NCBI GenBank assembly: GCA_964016885.1
Contig: OZ024742.1
Coordinates: forward strand, 259,160,001 to 259,224,000
Origin: Eledone cirrhosa
Lineage: Eukaryota
Length of the DNA: 64,000 bases
Direction of reading: 5' to 3'
The notes beneath the pieces were generated by a model, which made no database searches, was not told where the DNA came from, and was given only the letters and a program-made list of their open reading frames with translations. How positions within the stretch are numbered: position 1 is the stretch's first letter; every line of letters starts with the position of its first letter. The translations under genes and the position numbers were made by a program. Positions 27,560-42,703 of the stretch are shown here, one piece after another.

Positions 27560-28288
27560 GAGAGAGAGAGAGAAAAGAGAGAAAGAGAGAGACGTGTGTC
27601 ATTGAAGGACGTTGGAAAAAGTACTTAATGCCGTTATATTCATTTATTATGTTTAAGCAGTGAGCCTTGTTAATCTGGAGCAATATATGTATACATATAT
27701 ACACATATAAATATACACATATGAATACGTATATAAATACATATTCATGTATATTTGTGTACGTGAGTGTATTTGTGTGTACTTAATGGTTTGTATCTGA
27801 ACAATGTAAAAAAATTATGGATATGAACAGTCAATGATTGTGTAAGTAAATGCAATTTCCTGTGTATAAACATTTGCATAATAAAACAGCTGCGAACAGG
27901 ATTAATACAGAATCTTTCGAAGATAATCTATGATACATAAAGACAATATGATTATATTTCCTTATATTTACAAGTGTTCTGCTGGGTGGTGAGTAGTCAT
28001 GTACTATGAGCTGCTTAATATACATTCGACAAAGGCTGTACATGTATAAACTTCGATTCACGTGTGTAGAGCTCTAAAGTCTAAACACTTTGAAAAGCCA
28101 GAATCTAACACAAAACTCTTTGGTCTTTCGCTTATGAAAGAAATCAATATATATTCATCGAAATTTAACAAAACTTATGGAGTAGAAAAAATAATAGAGT
28201 AAACACAAATAATAGAATCTAAGAAGCCAAAATTAAAAAGAAAATGAAGAAAATCAAAATTTAGAAAATTTGTTAATAATTCTGACAT

Positions 28289-28331
<43 letters not shown>

Positions 28332-28875
28332 GAAATAGTAACATTTCTATTAAAATATTTATTTTTAAAATATACGATAAAAATCAGTAAATATGTTTAA
28401 GTATGAAAAGTTCAGGAAGTTAATGATGTATTTTTTTCCCCTGCAACAAACACCAGTTTTCTGTCAAGAAGTTTGAATGATAAGACAAGATGTTAAACAA
28501 CAAAAAATTATTTTTATTTTTATTTTTTATTTTTATAGTTTTGATTTTTATTATGAAAACTACTTCACTGTCTGTTCAGTTCTATATTTTTTTTTTTTTT
28601 CCAGTTTTTCCTCTGATTTATTTTTTGTCTCTTTTCTCTTGAGATTCTCGATTTGCTTTGGATTGGGGAAATAGTTTTTACAACAGTAGATCATTCACAA
28701 AGAAAGTAAAGACGAATGATAATGAATACGAAGTAAAAGTCGGGAGGAGTGGTGTGATTTCTTTGACAATCTATTATAGAGTGAAGTGGTAATATATCTA
28801 GGGTAATACTCACAAAACTAAATGAAGTGGGAATCTATATTTCTGAATCTTCACCATTACTATTACAGCAGCAGC

Positions 28876-28917
<42 letters not shown>

Positions 28918-28925
28918 AATAATAA

Positions 28926-29052
28926 TAATTGTTTTTACTTTAGGCACAAGGGCAGTAATCTTGGAGGAGGGGAAAATCGATTAAATCGATCCCAGTGCAT
29001 TACTGTTGCTTTATTTTATCGAACCCGTAAGGATGAAAGGCAAATCTAACCT
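28926..29052 (-). mobile_element. Family A-related SINE whose tail merges with an (AAT)n/(AAC)n microsatellite
   Basis: TGTTTTTACTTTAGGCACAAG...CCCGTAAGGATGAAAGGCAAA. Confidence 0.8.
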
Positions 29053-29477
29053 CTATTCCTAGCGTCAGAACAAGAGAAATTGGGGTTCTGATGCGCGGGT
29101 TAGACTTATATACATTAACTTTACTCTCGTGAGAAACTATGTTGATCGTGAAGGAAGCTGATGATTCAGATGACGCTATAGTTCTCTCTTTCTTGGTGGC
29201 TTACTATAGCTGATATTTCTTTCCGTTTTCGCAATTCACCATAAGTTCTGCTCCATCGATCTCATTCCGGCTTATCTCTTCTCCTCTCCTTTTCTCTCCT
29301 CTCTTTCTCTATACCCTCTCATGCCTTAGACTTTCTTTCCAAATTTCTCTCCTGCTCTCCGTTCAATATGAGGTTATATCGTAATCGGAGCTTTTACTAT
29401 ACATTTAGTATTCAGCTGTTTACAGCTACTCATCACGTTGAGAATTCTACAATTTTACGAAATACACACACACACAT

Positions 29478-29514
<37 letters not shown>

Positions 29515-30119
29515 GGTGTTTTGTTTGTTTATGCCTGCTTTTTAGCATATTAAGTAAATAAGTAAATGAGTATAAGGCTTGAAACCAAATATGATGGGCT
29601 AAAACTCTTCAGGTTGGTACCCCAGGTTGTACGATAACTGGTTTCTCTCTCAGTATATTTCCTATTCATCTTTCTGTCACTCTCTCTCTCTCTTTCTTTC
29701 TTTCTCTCTCTCTCTGTCTCCTTTCTCTCTCTGTATATATATATATATATATATATGTGGCGTAGCCATACAATACAACAGGACGAACATAATAGTACCA
29801 TTGATGATGTTGCAGATGTGCAACGAAAGAACTTTGTTAGACTATATATATATATGTTTATATCTGTATTTTTGACCGTTGGTCAGTCAATGATGAAACA
29901 TTGAGGACCAAATGAATTAACTATGGAGATATAAAAGATACAGAAGCGAAAACCAACGAAGCAGTTAGTGTGTTCTGTTATTATTTCTGGCAATATTATT
30001 ACAACAATATGACCCTCCCCAAGTATAACAATATATATATATATATATATATAAGGGAGATATTAAAATACAGAAACGTGTATATCTGTGTGTATATAAA
30101 TATACAAAAACATGTATAC

Positions 30120-30154
<35 letters not shown>

Positions 30155-30165
30155 TGTGTGTGTAT

Positions 30166-30249
<84 letters not shown>

Positions 30250-31082
30250 CTCATAACAGAAATAACATCAACATTCTCTCCTCGTAACATGGAAATGTTA
30301 AGTGTCTGTTCATACTAACATATGATTCACATTGACTTCTAGATGATAAATTGCCTTAACCTTTTTCCTATCTTTTACCATATCATAGTTATGTTTACAT
30401 GCTACTTTAATTTGCATCGATAATTCAAAGGAAATATCAATCATTTTAGACATTAACCGACCGTATGATCATAATAGTACTTTTTTCTCAAATAAGTGAC
30501 GTAAAGTTTAACATTTGAGTTCAGGCAGGAACGTGTAGCTAAGTGGGCTTGTTTTCCGAAAAGGCAGCTCTAACATTATTTCTATTGCGTGTCAGTTTCA
30601 CCGTTGGAAAATTGACTTCTGACGTACCCTTTAATCGATCCAATTCCTCTCTGTTATATTCAGTAGACTAATATATACACCTGCAAATTGCAGGTAAAAT
30701 CCATCCGATGGACTTCTACGCTGTTTCCTACTATTCAGTTTCATTCGTAAGACTTGAATAGAACCGATATTACTGTACAAATACTTGGCCAATATACCAC
30801 AAAGTGAGGCCTAAACAGGGAGATCGTCATTGCCAGGAGAACCTCTTATCATATATAATGTCTGACAAAAGACACACGTAATTTTCTCCAAAATATTTTT
30901 TTATGATCTTTTCTCCTCTCAATTTCGTCTATCTTTCTACGTTTTATATCTCTTAGTCTATCTTCTGATGAAGGACTAACATCCCAAATGTTAATACTCC
31001 CTTATTTTACTATATCCTGCATTGAACTGATATATATCTTCCTGGTACTGAATCGTTTTCCTGTTTTAATCGGTTACTTTTC

Positions 31083-31147
<65 letters not shown>

Positions 31148-31149
<2 letters not shown>

Positions 31150-31266
31150 GACGTCAAGTATGAAATTCGTAGAAATCTCTGTTCTTTCAATAAATTTCAT
31201 ACTTGACTACAAATTTCATACTTGACGTCCCTATATACAATTGACATAAGTCAATTGCATGAACTC

Positions 31267-31310
<44 letters not shown>

Positions 31311-31337
31311 GAGTTCATGCAATTGACTTATGTTTCG

Positions 31338-31393
<56 letters not shown>

Positions 31394-31424
31394 CGAAACA
31401 TAAGTCAATTACATGAACTCATAA
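31148..31424. repeat. Chain of short palindromes around (TA)n tracts
   Basis: Inverted repeat at 31148-31231; then unit-(TA)n-inverted unit-(TA)n-unit at 31244-31424. Confidence 0.9.
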
Positions 31425-31434
31425 TCCTTTATTT

Positions 31435-31490
31435 ACTGCTATATATATTTCGCTGATAGCCACTGAGTGGCTATGACCTCATCAGGCAGT
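31435..31490 (-). ncRNA. Type I hammerhead ribozyme (Penelope-type minimal form)
   Basis: ACUGC-CUGAUGA-GGUCAUAGCCAC-UCA-GUGGCUAUCAGC-GAAA-UAUAUA-U-A-GCAGU: 5-bp stem I, full core, 8-bp hairpin in stem II, short palindromic stem III, AUA triplet; AAUAAA follows. Confidence 0.8.
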
Positions 31491-31529
31491 TAGTCAGTTC
31501 TTAGATATGCCAGCTCTGTGTTTATGGTC

Positions 31530-31583
<54 letters not shown>

Positions 31584-31627
31584 ATGTATGTATATATATA
31601 TATAATGTATGTATATATATATATATA

Positions 31628-32101
<474 letters not shown>

Positions 32102-32136
32102 ATTTTACATGGCATTTTCGTCAATGTTATATTTTG

Positions 32137-32329
32137 GCGGCGGTGGATTGCCAGTATCGGTGGAAGGTAGGACGCCATGCTTTGCAGCACAGTTACTTCC
32201 CTTTAGGGACTGAGTTCAAATCTCGTCAAGGTTAACTTTGCCTTTCATCATTACGGGGTCGATAAAATAAAGTACCAGTAATACACTGGGATAATGCCTG
32301 GCCTTGTGCCAAGAGTAGAAACAATTATA
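32137..32329 (+). mobile_element. SINE family A, near full length
   Basis: A-box-like TGCCAGTATCGGTGG, B-box GAGTTCAAATC, conserved core, ACAATTAT tail. Confidence 0.85.
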
Positions 32330-33411
32330 TTTTTTGCGGCTATAATACATTGTATGTGTGTTCCATTACTTTCGGTTCAAGATTTATGGATACATACCCT
32401 ATCATATTTTCAAACTGTTATTCGACAGATTATGGATAGATTATGTCACAATATCGTGTTCCTTTTCCATCAAATGCAGCAGCAATTAGTATTATAACAC
32501 CAGCTATCACTCCAAATCCATATGTATTTAATCCGCTCAACAACATACAATGACTTGACCTGGCTTCTCTTATATCTCCTTATCTGCATAATACAGTAAA
32601 ATCTTCTACAAAATGGAAGGTACTTTCATCTATCTTACCTGATAGATGAAAGTACCAGTTAAGTTGTAGAACAATGGTTTTTGTTAAGTCTTCCTGATTT
32701 GAGTTCTCGGCCTACGATCGTCAAGTCGTGAGTTTGATTCCCGAACCAAGCAATAACCTGAGGTCTTAAGAAATGCATTTTATTTCTCGTTGCTTGTGTC
32801 TCCTCAACTTGCAAACACTTGGAGCATTGATTCAAAGAGCCAGCCTTGCGAAACTGTACATCCATGAATCTCTCTGAGAAATGTGTGCTTGTGGAATGCG
32901 TAGTGCAATGCACGATAATTTCAATAGAAAGCCGATTCAATGAGCAAACAAATGGAACAGTCGCTTTTGGGACCGGCGGTAGTCCAAATCAAGTCAGTTT
33001 TTCCCTATCACAGAGAAGAATGATCTCCGATATTCTGAACATGGCCATTACACTGCGTTTGACATGACAGCTCCCTACAATTCCTTCAAAAGTTAAGTAC
33101 ACCCCACTTATATGCTATGGCCGTACATAAAGCCCAGGCTCAGATATTCAAAGTTGTAGCACGAACTGTAAAACGGAGCATCTGGTGTATCTGGAAGATT
33201 TTTCTACTGTTTATTTGTTTGTAACACACACACACACACACACACCACGGCACACCACGGTCTCTCCCCATATCGTAAATCAGACAAACATCCAATACAG
33301 TAATTTTCTGTACTACCTGTCTTCTCTTATCATCTGTTTACCCGGGCTAAGCTGCGTACGTCAGCTAGTGTGTGTGGATACACAGACACACACACACGCA
33401 CACACACACAC

Positions 33412-33525
<114 letters not shown>

Positions 33526-34662
33526 ATCTGCGTAAACGAGACAGTCGTAAGCATCAGCATGACAGTGTGTAAGGAGATCGCTCCGCAAATATGAGGTTCT
33601 GGTTTCAAGTTCAGTGTGCTGTCTTAGGCAAGTCTGATTCACTAATACTTTTTAAGTGGAAATTGTCATAGGGGGAAAGTGGAGACCTATCATATATATA
33701 TGTATATATAAGGTAACAGTTTTTTAATAGTGAGATCGATAACAATATCAGTACTGAGTTACTGAGGGATTTTTTTTTTTATTTAATGAAAGCATATTAT
33801 CCTAGCATGGCCGCTGTCTAATATTTGAAAACATATATGAATATAGTAAAGAGGGTGAAATTTTGATTAAGTATAAAGTTTCACATTCATACACGACCCT
33901 CTAACTTCTATACTTCTTGTTTAAAGAGCAAGCCTTTTCATACACTATCACACACATTGTATCATGCTGAAAGTTTCTGTTAATTAGGTCTAGTTGATTA
34001 GGTCTGTTAATTAGGTCGAGTTTGGGGAATTTCTCGGGCACTTTGACTTTAAATTTATCATCGGGCTCTTTCTTTCGGCGAAGTACTGGAATAATTATCG
34101 TTTAAATAACGGAACCCCATTCCATGTTTTTATGGCTGTAAATGTTTAATGCTATGGATGATGCTTGAGCACAGACACAGACATACTACGTTAGGCACTC
34201 ACACACACATTTATGTGTGTGTGTACACAGCAATATACATTTATATACACATGATATATGTCGAGAGACAAAAGTACATGCCAATATAAACACTCACACA
34301 ACACACACACATATATATATATATATATGTGTATGTGTGTGTGTGTGAGTGTGTAGGTGTGCGTGTGTGCATGTGTACATACATATGTAATTATAGCTAA
34401 CGCATATTAAGTAATAATATATATTGAACATATAAGTATTAGTGATTTTCTACATGTACGTATGTATACTATATACATACGATGTTGTGCAAGTGTTACA
34501 AAGTGTAAAAGTGTGTCACCTTTATTAATATTAATATTCAATTTGCATATATTTGCATATATTTACGTCATATTGGTATACAGCAGTCACTGTTGGGGGG
34601 GAGGGGGGTATGATATATAAAAACACACTTGCACACATGCATATGTGTAAATGTATATAAAT

Positions 34663-34751
<89 letters not shown>

Positions 34752-36710
34752 TATATATATGTATGTATATATGTGTGTGTATTTGTGTGGTGTGTGTGTG
34801 TGTGTGTGTGCATGTGTAAGTGTATATATATATATATATATATATAATCAGTTTTAACTTAATATTTGGATTTTCAATGAAAACAGTGTTTGAAGCCATG
34901 CGCGCGCGTGTTTGTGTGTATGTCTGTAGAACGGAAGTGGATAGATTTATTTGTTTTATAGTTGATATCTTTTAATTTGTTATGTTATTGCGTTTAAAGG
35001 TGAATCTGCTTTCGTCCTAACACATAACGTGTGCATTGTGGATTTTTCCCTACATACATTGTACACTCTGCGAGTAAACTGGTTTAATCCATCCTTTAAT
35101 TTGGGTTAGTCGCAAGAATAACACTTTATTATCTACTAAATGTTTACCCCTATAAGATGTTCCTACTGCACCTATTACCAACATAATCGCAACTAATTTT
35201 TCTACTACTACCATTGTTATATTTTTACTATAATTATTAATTACAGTACTACTATTATTGCTACTATAATTATTTATTGCATATGTGATTCATAGGTTAT
35301 CAATTTTGTACTCATCATTGACTGATCATGGTTTTATCTGTCTAATGCAAGTTTTTTGTGGAAGACTGGTAGCCACTTATGCACCCGAACGTCCCCTCTC
35401 CACGGAACCGATGGTGTGCAATGAAAGAGAAATTCCTATAAATCGTGACACCAATATCGGCGCAACTAATGTTTTCCATATGAGTTTATAAGAGAAGCGT
35501 ATACAAAATTATCTCCTTCAGGGTCAAAACATATGTCTATCAATGTCACGACCCAGATACCTTAACACTAAGCGACATTAATGTTTATATTATACTTGTT
35601 TAAGGTAATGTCATTATATTCCTTGTTAGTTTGTATAAGCTTTTTAGATACCGTGGATGATGTATGGCTGAATATTTGAGAAGTTTGTCCCACACCCTTG
35701 AACTGGAAATAGGTATACGTAAACTGTTTGGAAGCCCGTCGGATGTATATGTTATTCAAAGAGACATCCTTGGTACACATTGTGTCACACTGCATCTCCC
35801 TGAGAATTACGTTCGAGAAACACATGTCTTTGTAATGCTCAATCATTTACTGTTTATTTCATGATCAGGCTTTTATGTTGATCGAAAGTGACGGGTGTTC
35901 ATTGCTTTCTATAAATATTATTTCACAGAATATAATAATTGAATTAGGACCAGCCAGATTATTGTCACCAATAATTTTACCAATAAACCATTACACACAA
36001 ATGGTTCTTTATCGAACATTTTATCAAACTTTACTTGCACAAGCACAAACACAGATATATATATATACAAACACAGGATGATTGTCTCACATATTTTTCA
36101 GACAAAAACAGATATACATACATAATCATTGGCTTTCTTTTTCCCTAATACATGCAAACAGACAAACACACCTATATGTCGCATATTGCAGGGACATGGT
36201 AGTGTCGTTAGAACGTCGAATAAAATGTCTGTGGTATTTCTACCGTCTTTCTAGTCCTCGGATGTCAACTGTGACGTTCATCCTTTCAAGATCGATAAAT
36301 CAAAGTAGCGTTGCAATATTTCAGGTCAATTTTTCGTTTGTCTCTCGGCTCCCCTTTTTACCACTACCAGACAATTCTGTTTTGATCAGACCTGGATTGA
36401 GTTTTAAATGGGTAAATACGTCAAGCTGATAATCCAACGACTCCGAAGGGAGTTCCTAACTTTGCTATGTACAACATTAGTTTAACAAAATATATTTATA
36501 GAGAAACTTCAAGCCAAAATGTTGTGTGAAGTAAATGATTAATTATCTACACATGTCTAAGTGGTTAAGGGGTTCGTTTCACAACCTCTTAGTTTTCAGC
36601 GCTGTACAATAGTGTTGTAACTTGGGCAGGTGGCTTCTACTATCACCTCTTATTTGCCAAATTTCGTAAACGAAACGTGTACAAAAGAGTAGTGTATATA
36701 TATATATATA

Positions 36711-37193
<483 letters not shown>

Positions 37194-37194
37194 A

Positions 37195-37320
37195 GGCGCA
37201 TGGCTGGGTGGTTAGAGAATTGGATTCGCAATCGTGAGGTTGAGAGCTCGATTCTCGGATCATGCGATGCCTTATGACCTTGAGCAAGACACGTTGCTCC
37301 TTCTACCTGGAGTTGCGACC
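37195..37320 (+). mobile_element. SINE family B head
   Basis: GGCGCATGGCTGGGTGGTTAGAG (A box)...GAGCTCGATTC (B-box-like)...CCTTGAGCAAGACAC. Confidence 0.7.
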
Positions 37321-38289
37321 GATAGAGAGTATTAGCAATTGAAAAGACCAACGGAAACATTGTTTCCTCGGTCCGATTTGACGAACGTCGATCGAATATA
37401 TATATATTTGGGTGTGTGTGAGTTTGTGTGTGTGCGTGTGTGGTTGTGTATATATTTGTGTGTGTGAGTGTGTGTGTGTGCATGTTTGTGTATCTATGTA
37501 TCGATATGAATTACAATGTGTTTCCGTGTCACTGTTTGTGACTATAGATCGCACATTTTGTTTATGTCCTGTAACCTAACAGTCCGACAATTTGTGATCA
37601 ATGAAATACATGATTTTCCATTTATATTTTAGTTGTTTAAATGTTTTCACCTGACCATCACAACCTGATTCCTGGATAAGTCATTGAAGTCGTGGTGCTT
37701 TTAAAGACTAATTGTAGCGGAAACATTTTCATGCTGACCGTTGTATTTATACCTTTTCCCACCAGAAATTAATCGTTGGTGCAATTACTATATTTTTAAA
37801 TGCACACGATGGTTTCGCCATATTTTCATATATGTAAACCTTTTATTCTTTAACTGATTTCAGTTAATGGACTGTGACCATGTTCGAAGGCATTAATGAA
37901 GTTTCCAATTCGTTGAACCTGCATGTCAGGTTGAATGACATGTCTACCATATATGGGCATGATTAGCCACAACGAGATAAGAACAACGTATCATCGGTAG
38001 TGTTCTCTCTCTCCGTTTCTTTCTCTCCCCATCTCTCACTCAGTCACTCAAACACACACACAGATGATGAAGAGTGTGTAGCAACTCGAGACACATCTGT
38101 TTGATAACTTCATGTCCTTATTCCTTTATTATACTCAACTTCTAGAAATGGCTTAATCGGAAATGTCAGAACCTTTCCTTTTAATCTGGCGTAAATATTA
38201 GCACTGGACACATTTTGACGCTTGGTGCATATATTTTGGCGCCAACCTTTTCTCACAATTCCTTTGCCCTGTTATAGATTCTCACGCTG

Positions 38290-38334
<45 letters not shown>

Positions 38335-38341
<7 letters not shown>

Positions 38342-38504
38342 AAAAAAAGATGGTTAAAAGAGTTCCATGTATTTTATTATGCGCATTTCAAAAACAAATA
38401 TCATCATGCAATAATATTTGTGTTTATTGCATGATGATATTTGTTTTTGAAATGTGCATAATAAAATACATGGAACTCTTTTAACCATCTTTTGTTCTTA
38501 TATA
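38335..38504. repeat. Fold-back inverted repeat, ~80-bp arms, 9-nt loop, abutting (TA)n
   Basis: AAGATGGTTAAAAGAGTTCCATG...CATGGAACTCTTTTAACCATCTT. Confidence 0.9.
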
Positions 38505-38591
38505 TTATGTATACTCCAGTCCTACAAACTGTAGAGTGCTTCTTATCCGATATCTGCATTGCTTTATTGTACTACAATAAAACTCACCTCC

Positions 38592-38641
<50 letters not shown>

Positions 38642-39249
38642 CATATATATATAGTGGAGACACGTGGCCTAGTAGTAAGTGTTTTGGACTGGAGGCCAGT
38701 CAAGGGGGGAAGTCTTGTGCTCTCAGTCACTTCACGCCATCAACCCGAGATAAGCACCGACCAAATGAGCCTTCTAGCTTAAGACAAACTTTATATATAT
38801 ATATATATATATATACATACATACACAAGCACACATATATACCCAAGTTCGGACACAGGGATACAGTTGTATGTGTGTATAAACCTGTGTGTTTGTGTGC
38901 ATATTCATGCGTGTGCACGTGCGTGGATGTATATTACACACATTCACACACACACACACGTTCACCACAACAAACTTAACACCCACACACGCACATACGC
39001 ATCATAATATGCACCTCACCTACATACAACCACCAGCTAGCTACACGTCTGCACCCCTCACCACGACCCCCAGACCTGCAAGCCAGACTACTCCCTCGCC
39101 CATCACTACCCCCCACCCCTCTTCTTTTTATTTTCTTTCTAATTTCATTTTTTTATTGTCTTTACGCTTTTCCTTTTTCTGTTTTTCCTGATGGAGGGCA
39201 AATGCCCGATATGTTCACTTTGTGGTCTTCATCTCATGTCCCAAAATAA

Positions 39250-39600
39250 CTATACTCACTCATCTGCCCTAATATTGTTGTGAGAGCAAGCCCCCACTCA
39301 CCACACACACCAAGAAAATGGACTCTAATTGATATAAAAGATCATAATGTTGCTGAAAATGAAATGGAAAAGATCAATAAGTATGCCGATCTTGCAAGGG
39401 CTTTTCCAACTGATCACTATATAGAGACAGCTGTCGTGCCAATCGTCACTGGGGTGCTTGGCCGGGTCCCTAAACGTCTTATGTCTTTCATCAAAAGCCT
39501 TGGGAAACCCTACATTGTCGGTGGCCAAATTCTTACCATCATCAACACTGCCATAATGCTACGCGATATATTGACCCTCTGAAACCAGGGACCGATCTAA
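39250..39600 (+). mobile_element. Decayed R4/Dong RLE-domain 3' fragment
   Basis: PNIVV..LIDI..EMEKINKYADL..VVPIVTGVLG..LRDILTL* parallels the C-terminus of the ORF ending at 46010; (TAA)-rich tract downstream. Confidence 0.8.
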
Positions 39601-40318
39601 GGCCAATTATCACGCAGAACCTAGCAACCGTTTGCTAGAGAAATCTTACAAATGGGAAAAAGTTATTACTATTACGATAACTATTTTAATACAAAAACTA
39701 TATTAAATAATACAAATAAAAATAATAATGATTTGCATTCTATAATGGATATGACTTCCCGATGATGATTATGATGATGATGATGACAATAATAATAATG
39801 ATAATAATAACAATAATAATAATAATAATAATAATAATAATTAATAGCAATGGTGGTTGTGTAATAATCCCATCAACCTGGCAATGTTAAATACAGTGTA
39901 GATGATGCTGATGATTACAAAAATAACTATTGAAGAACATCATTCGTAGAACAGTGAGGAAAAAAATAATTTAATAATATGAACGGAACGAGATTTTCCT
40001 GGCTATTTCCAAAGTTCTAATAAATGCCATATCGACTGAAATGGAAAAAGTAGAAAGTGCATCGATGAAATAAGCACGCCGTCTTTTGATCTCTACTGAA
40101 AACTAAAATCAATGTGTTAATTCTAGTACAAAACTAAATTTATCCGAAACATTACCATATTCAATATTGGCGTATATCAGGAAATCGTTGTATACACATT
40201 CTCCTGTCAGCAATAAAAATAACATTCTTCAACATTTGGGTAAATAACATTGAGATGATTTGTATGGTGTATGTGAAGTCGAGGTATTGACAGCTATCAG
40301 TAGGGTGCCGCCACTCTG

Positions 40319-40369
<51 letters not shown>

Positions 40370-40592
40370 ATATGTCTAACTTGCAACATGTTTGCTCTCT
40401 TCTTTGTCCACAGTTTTCTTTTTCTTTACACCGGTCTGTTTTCCTTTTCCTCCCTTATCCGTATTTCTGTCTCACACTGATGGACGAGCTTCCGAAACGT
40501 TAAGATTTTCAAAGTGTTAAACTGACATACCATTATTGTAATTGTTCTATTGTGTTGCAACTTTCTTGCTACATTTCCTCACACACACACAA

Positions 40593-40624
<32 letters not shown>

Positions 40625-40660
40625 ACACACACACATTCGTGTGCGTGTAGCACATATATG

Positions 40661-40720
<60 letters not shown>

Positions 40721-40757
40721 TACATATGTATGCATATATATATATATCTATGTATGC

Positions 40758-40791
<34 letters not shown>

Positions 40792-41186
40792 TTACGTTGT
40801 AGGCATGGGTGTTCTGTCACAAATTTCGTTTTTAAATCATGTGGAGGCTGTTTTCATGGCACTATATATCGCACTGCATTGAATTAAAGTTCTGCGTGGC
40901 TAAGAAATTCACGTCGCAAACATGGGGCAACGTGTCCTATCTTAGGAAAGACCCTTGAATACGCGAAACAAAGCCTTGAGGTGAAATTAGATAGAGCGAA
41001 AGCGGGAAATCTCGTCTGATGAAATAACTGTACTTTTATTTCAATGGTCCAGAGTTCTCAAACTCAATTTCACGCGGAATATTTCTGAGAATTCTGTTAA
41101 ACATGCCCGTGGTTGTGGAATATTAAGTCATTTACACTGTAATAAATGAAGAACACTACTTCTAATACAAAGGCTCATATTTGTCT

Positions 41187-41367
41187 TTGGCAGATTTGTA
41201 TCGGTAGAGGGTCGGACATGCTTTCCAGCATAGTTACGTCCCTTTACAATCTGAGTTTAAATCCCGCCGAGGTTAACTTTGCCTTTCATCCATACGGGTC
41301 GATAAAATAAAGTACCAGTAATGTACTGGTTAATTGCTGGTCTTGTGCCAAAAGTAGAAACAATTAT
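41187..41367 (+). mobile_element. SINE family A
   Basis: Matches the 46240 and 61543 copies. Confidence 0.85.
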
Positions 41368-42650
41368 GAGTCAACTGAATAAATTGCGAATTCATTTAAG
41401 GATATATGTTGCTATGGAATGTTCACACTTATAGTGTGTTTCATTAGTCAAACAGTTGGAGGACACAATATGCAGACCAATGAGGTCCACTGCCTACAAT
41501 ATCTAATTACAAATACTTTGTCAAGAAATAATTTTAGAGTTTCACAACAAAAAACGAACAGAAATTCGACAGAAAAAACACAAACACCAAACTATACGAT
41601 TGGTCGCTTATAGTGTCAGGTATTAATGCCAGAATTCCAACATCAACAACATAAAAACCAATTCAATTATATTTGTTTTTAAATATAAATTTTAATTCAC
41701 TTTCGAAATGATTAAATGTCTTGATGTATGAGACACTCTTTTGTCATATTGTCATATATTAGAGATTAGATAGTCATGTTGTTGTCATACATTGGAGATT
41801 GGTGGCAGTCATGTTGTCATAGATTAAATATGTGTGGCAGCAAAGGCTGCTCATGAAGAGACAATGAACAAGAAACAGCCTCGTAAGAGTGGTGGTGGTC
41901 GTGGTGGTGGTGGTGGTGGTGGTGGTGGAGCTGATGGTGGTGTTGGTGGTAGTAGTGATATTAGTAATAGAAGCAGAAAGGGAAAATCACAGGTAATTAG
42001 AATAAAGTCAGAATAAAGGAAAAATAGAAAAATAGATATTTTAATGAGGGCTGGATTTCATGTTTGAATAGGAGTTGAAAGAAAATAACATGGGAAAAGC
42101 CGAGTAGAAGCACCAAGAACATGTGGCGAAATTGTTGTTTTTGTTGTTGTGGTGTTGGTGTTGGTGGTGGTGGCGGTGGTGGTGTCGATATTGGTGCGGC
42201 GACGTTGTTGTTGCTGATGGTGGGATAATGAGAACAGTAAGAAAAAATGCCATTAAGATTGGGAAACATAATACCATGATGATGATAATCATAATAATGA
42301 ACAGAGCTCTGTTACTGAAAAAATAAAATGAGGAAAAAGAGAAAAGCAATGTAACATTGTGAGAAAAGGAGAGATAAGAAGACAAAGCAAAGGCTGATGA
42401 AAATAAAACTAAGGGAACAAAAAATGATCGATACGGAAACATAATGAAAGAAAGCTTGAAAAAAATGAATGTAGACCATAAGGAAAGTAGTGATGTAGGG
42501 TTATAACAAGAGATGAACACTGAATGGAGAGAGAAGAAATGTGTTGACGTTGTAAAGAAACGGATGTAGAAAAGCGGAGACGGCGGCCATTATATATCTT
42601 AATATTAAATGGTGTTGGTACTATTATTGTTATTATTATTAATAATAATG

Positions 42651-42702
<52 letters not shown>

Positions 42703-42703
<1 letters not shown>

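Noticed and set aside
32619-32656. 16-bp-arm hairpin as a terminator
   Set aside because: Eukaryotic DNA with no U-tract; probably a small local inversion.
42609-42702. Hydrophobic N-terminus (MVLVLLLL..IIII) of the 1133-aa ORF as a signal peptide
   Set aside because: It is a translation of the flanking (TTA)/(TAA)n target tract, not element sequence.
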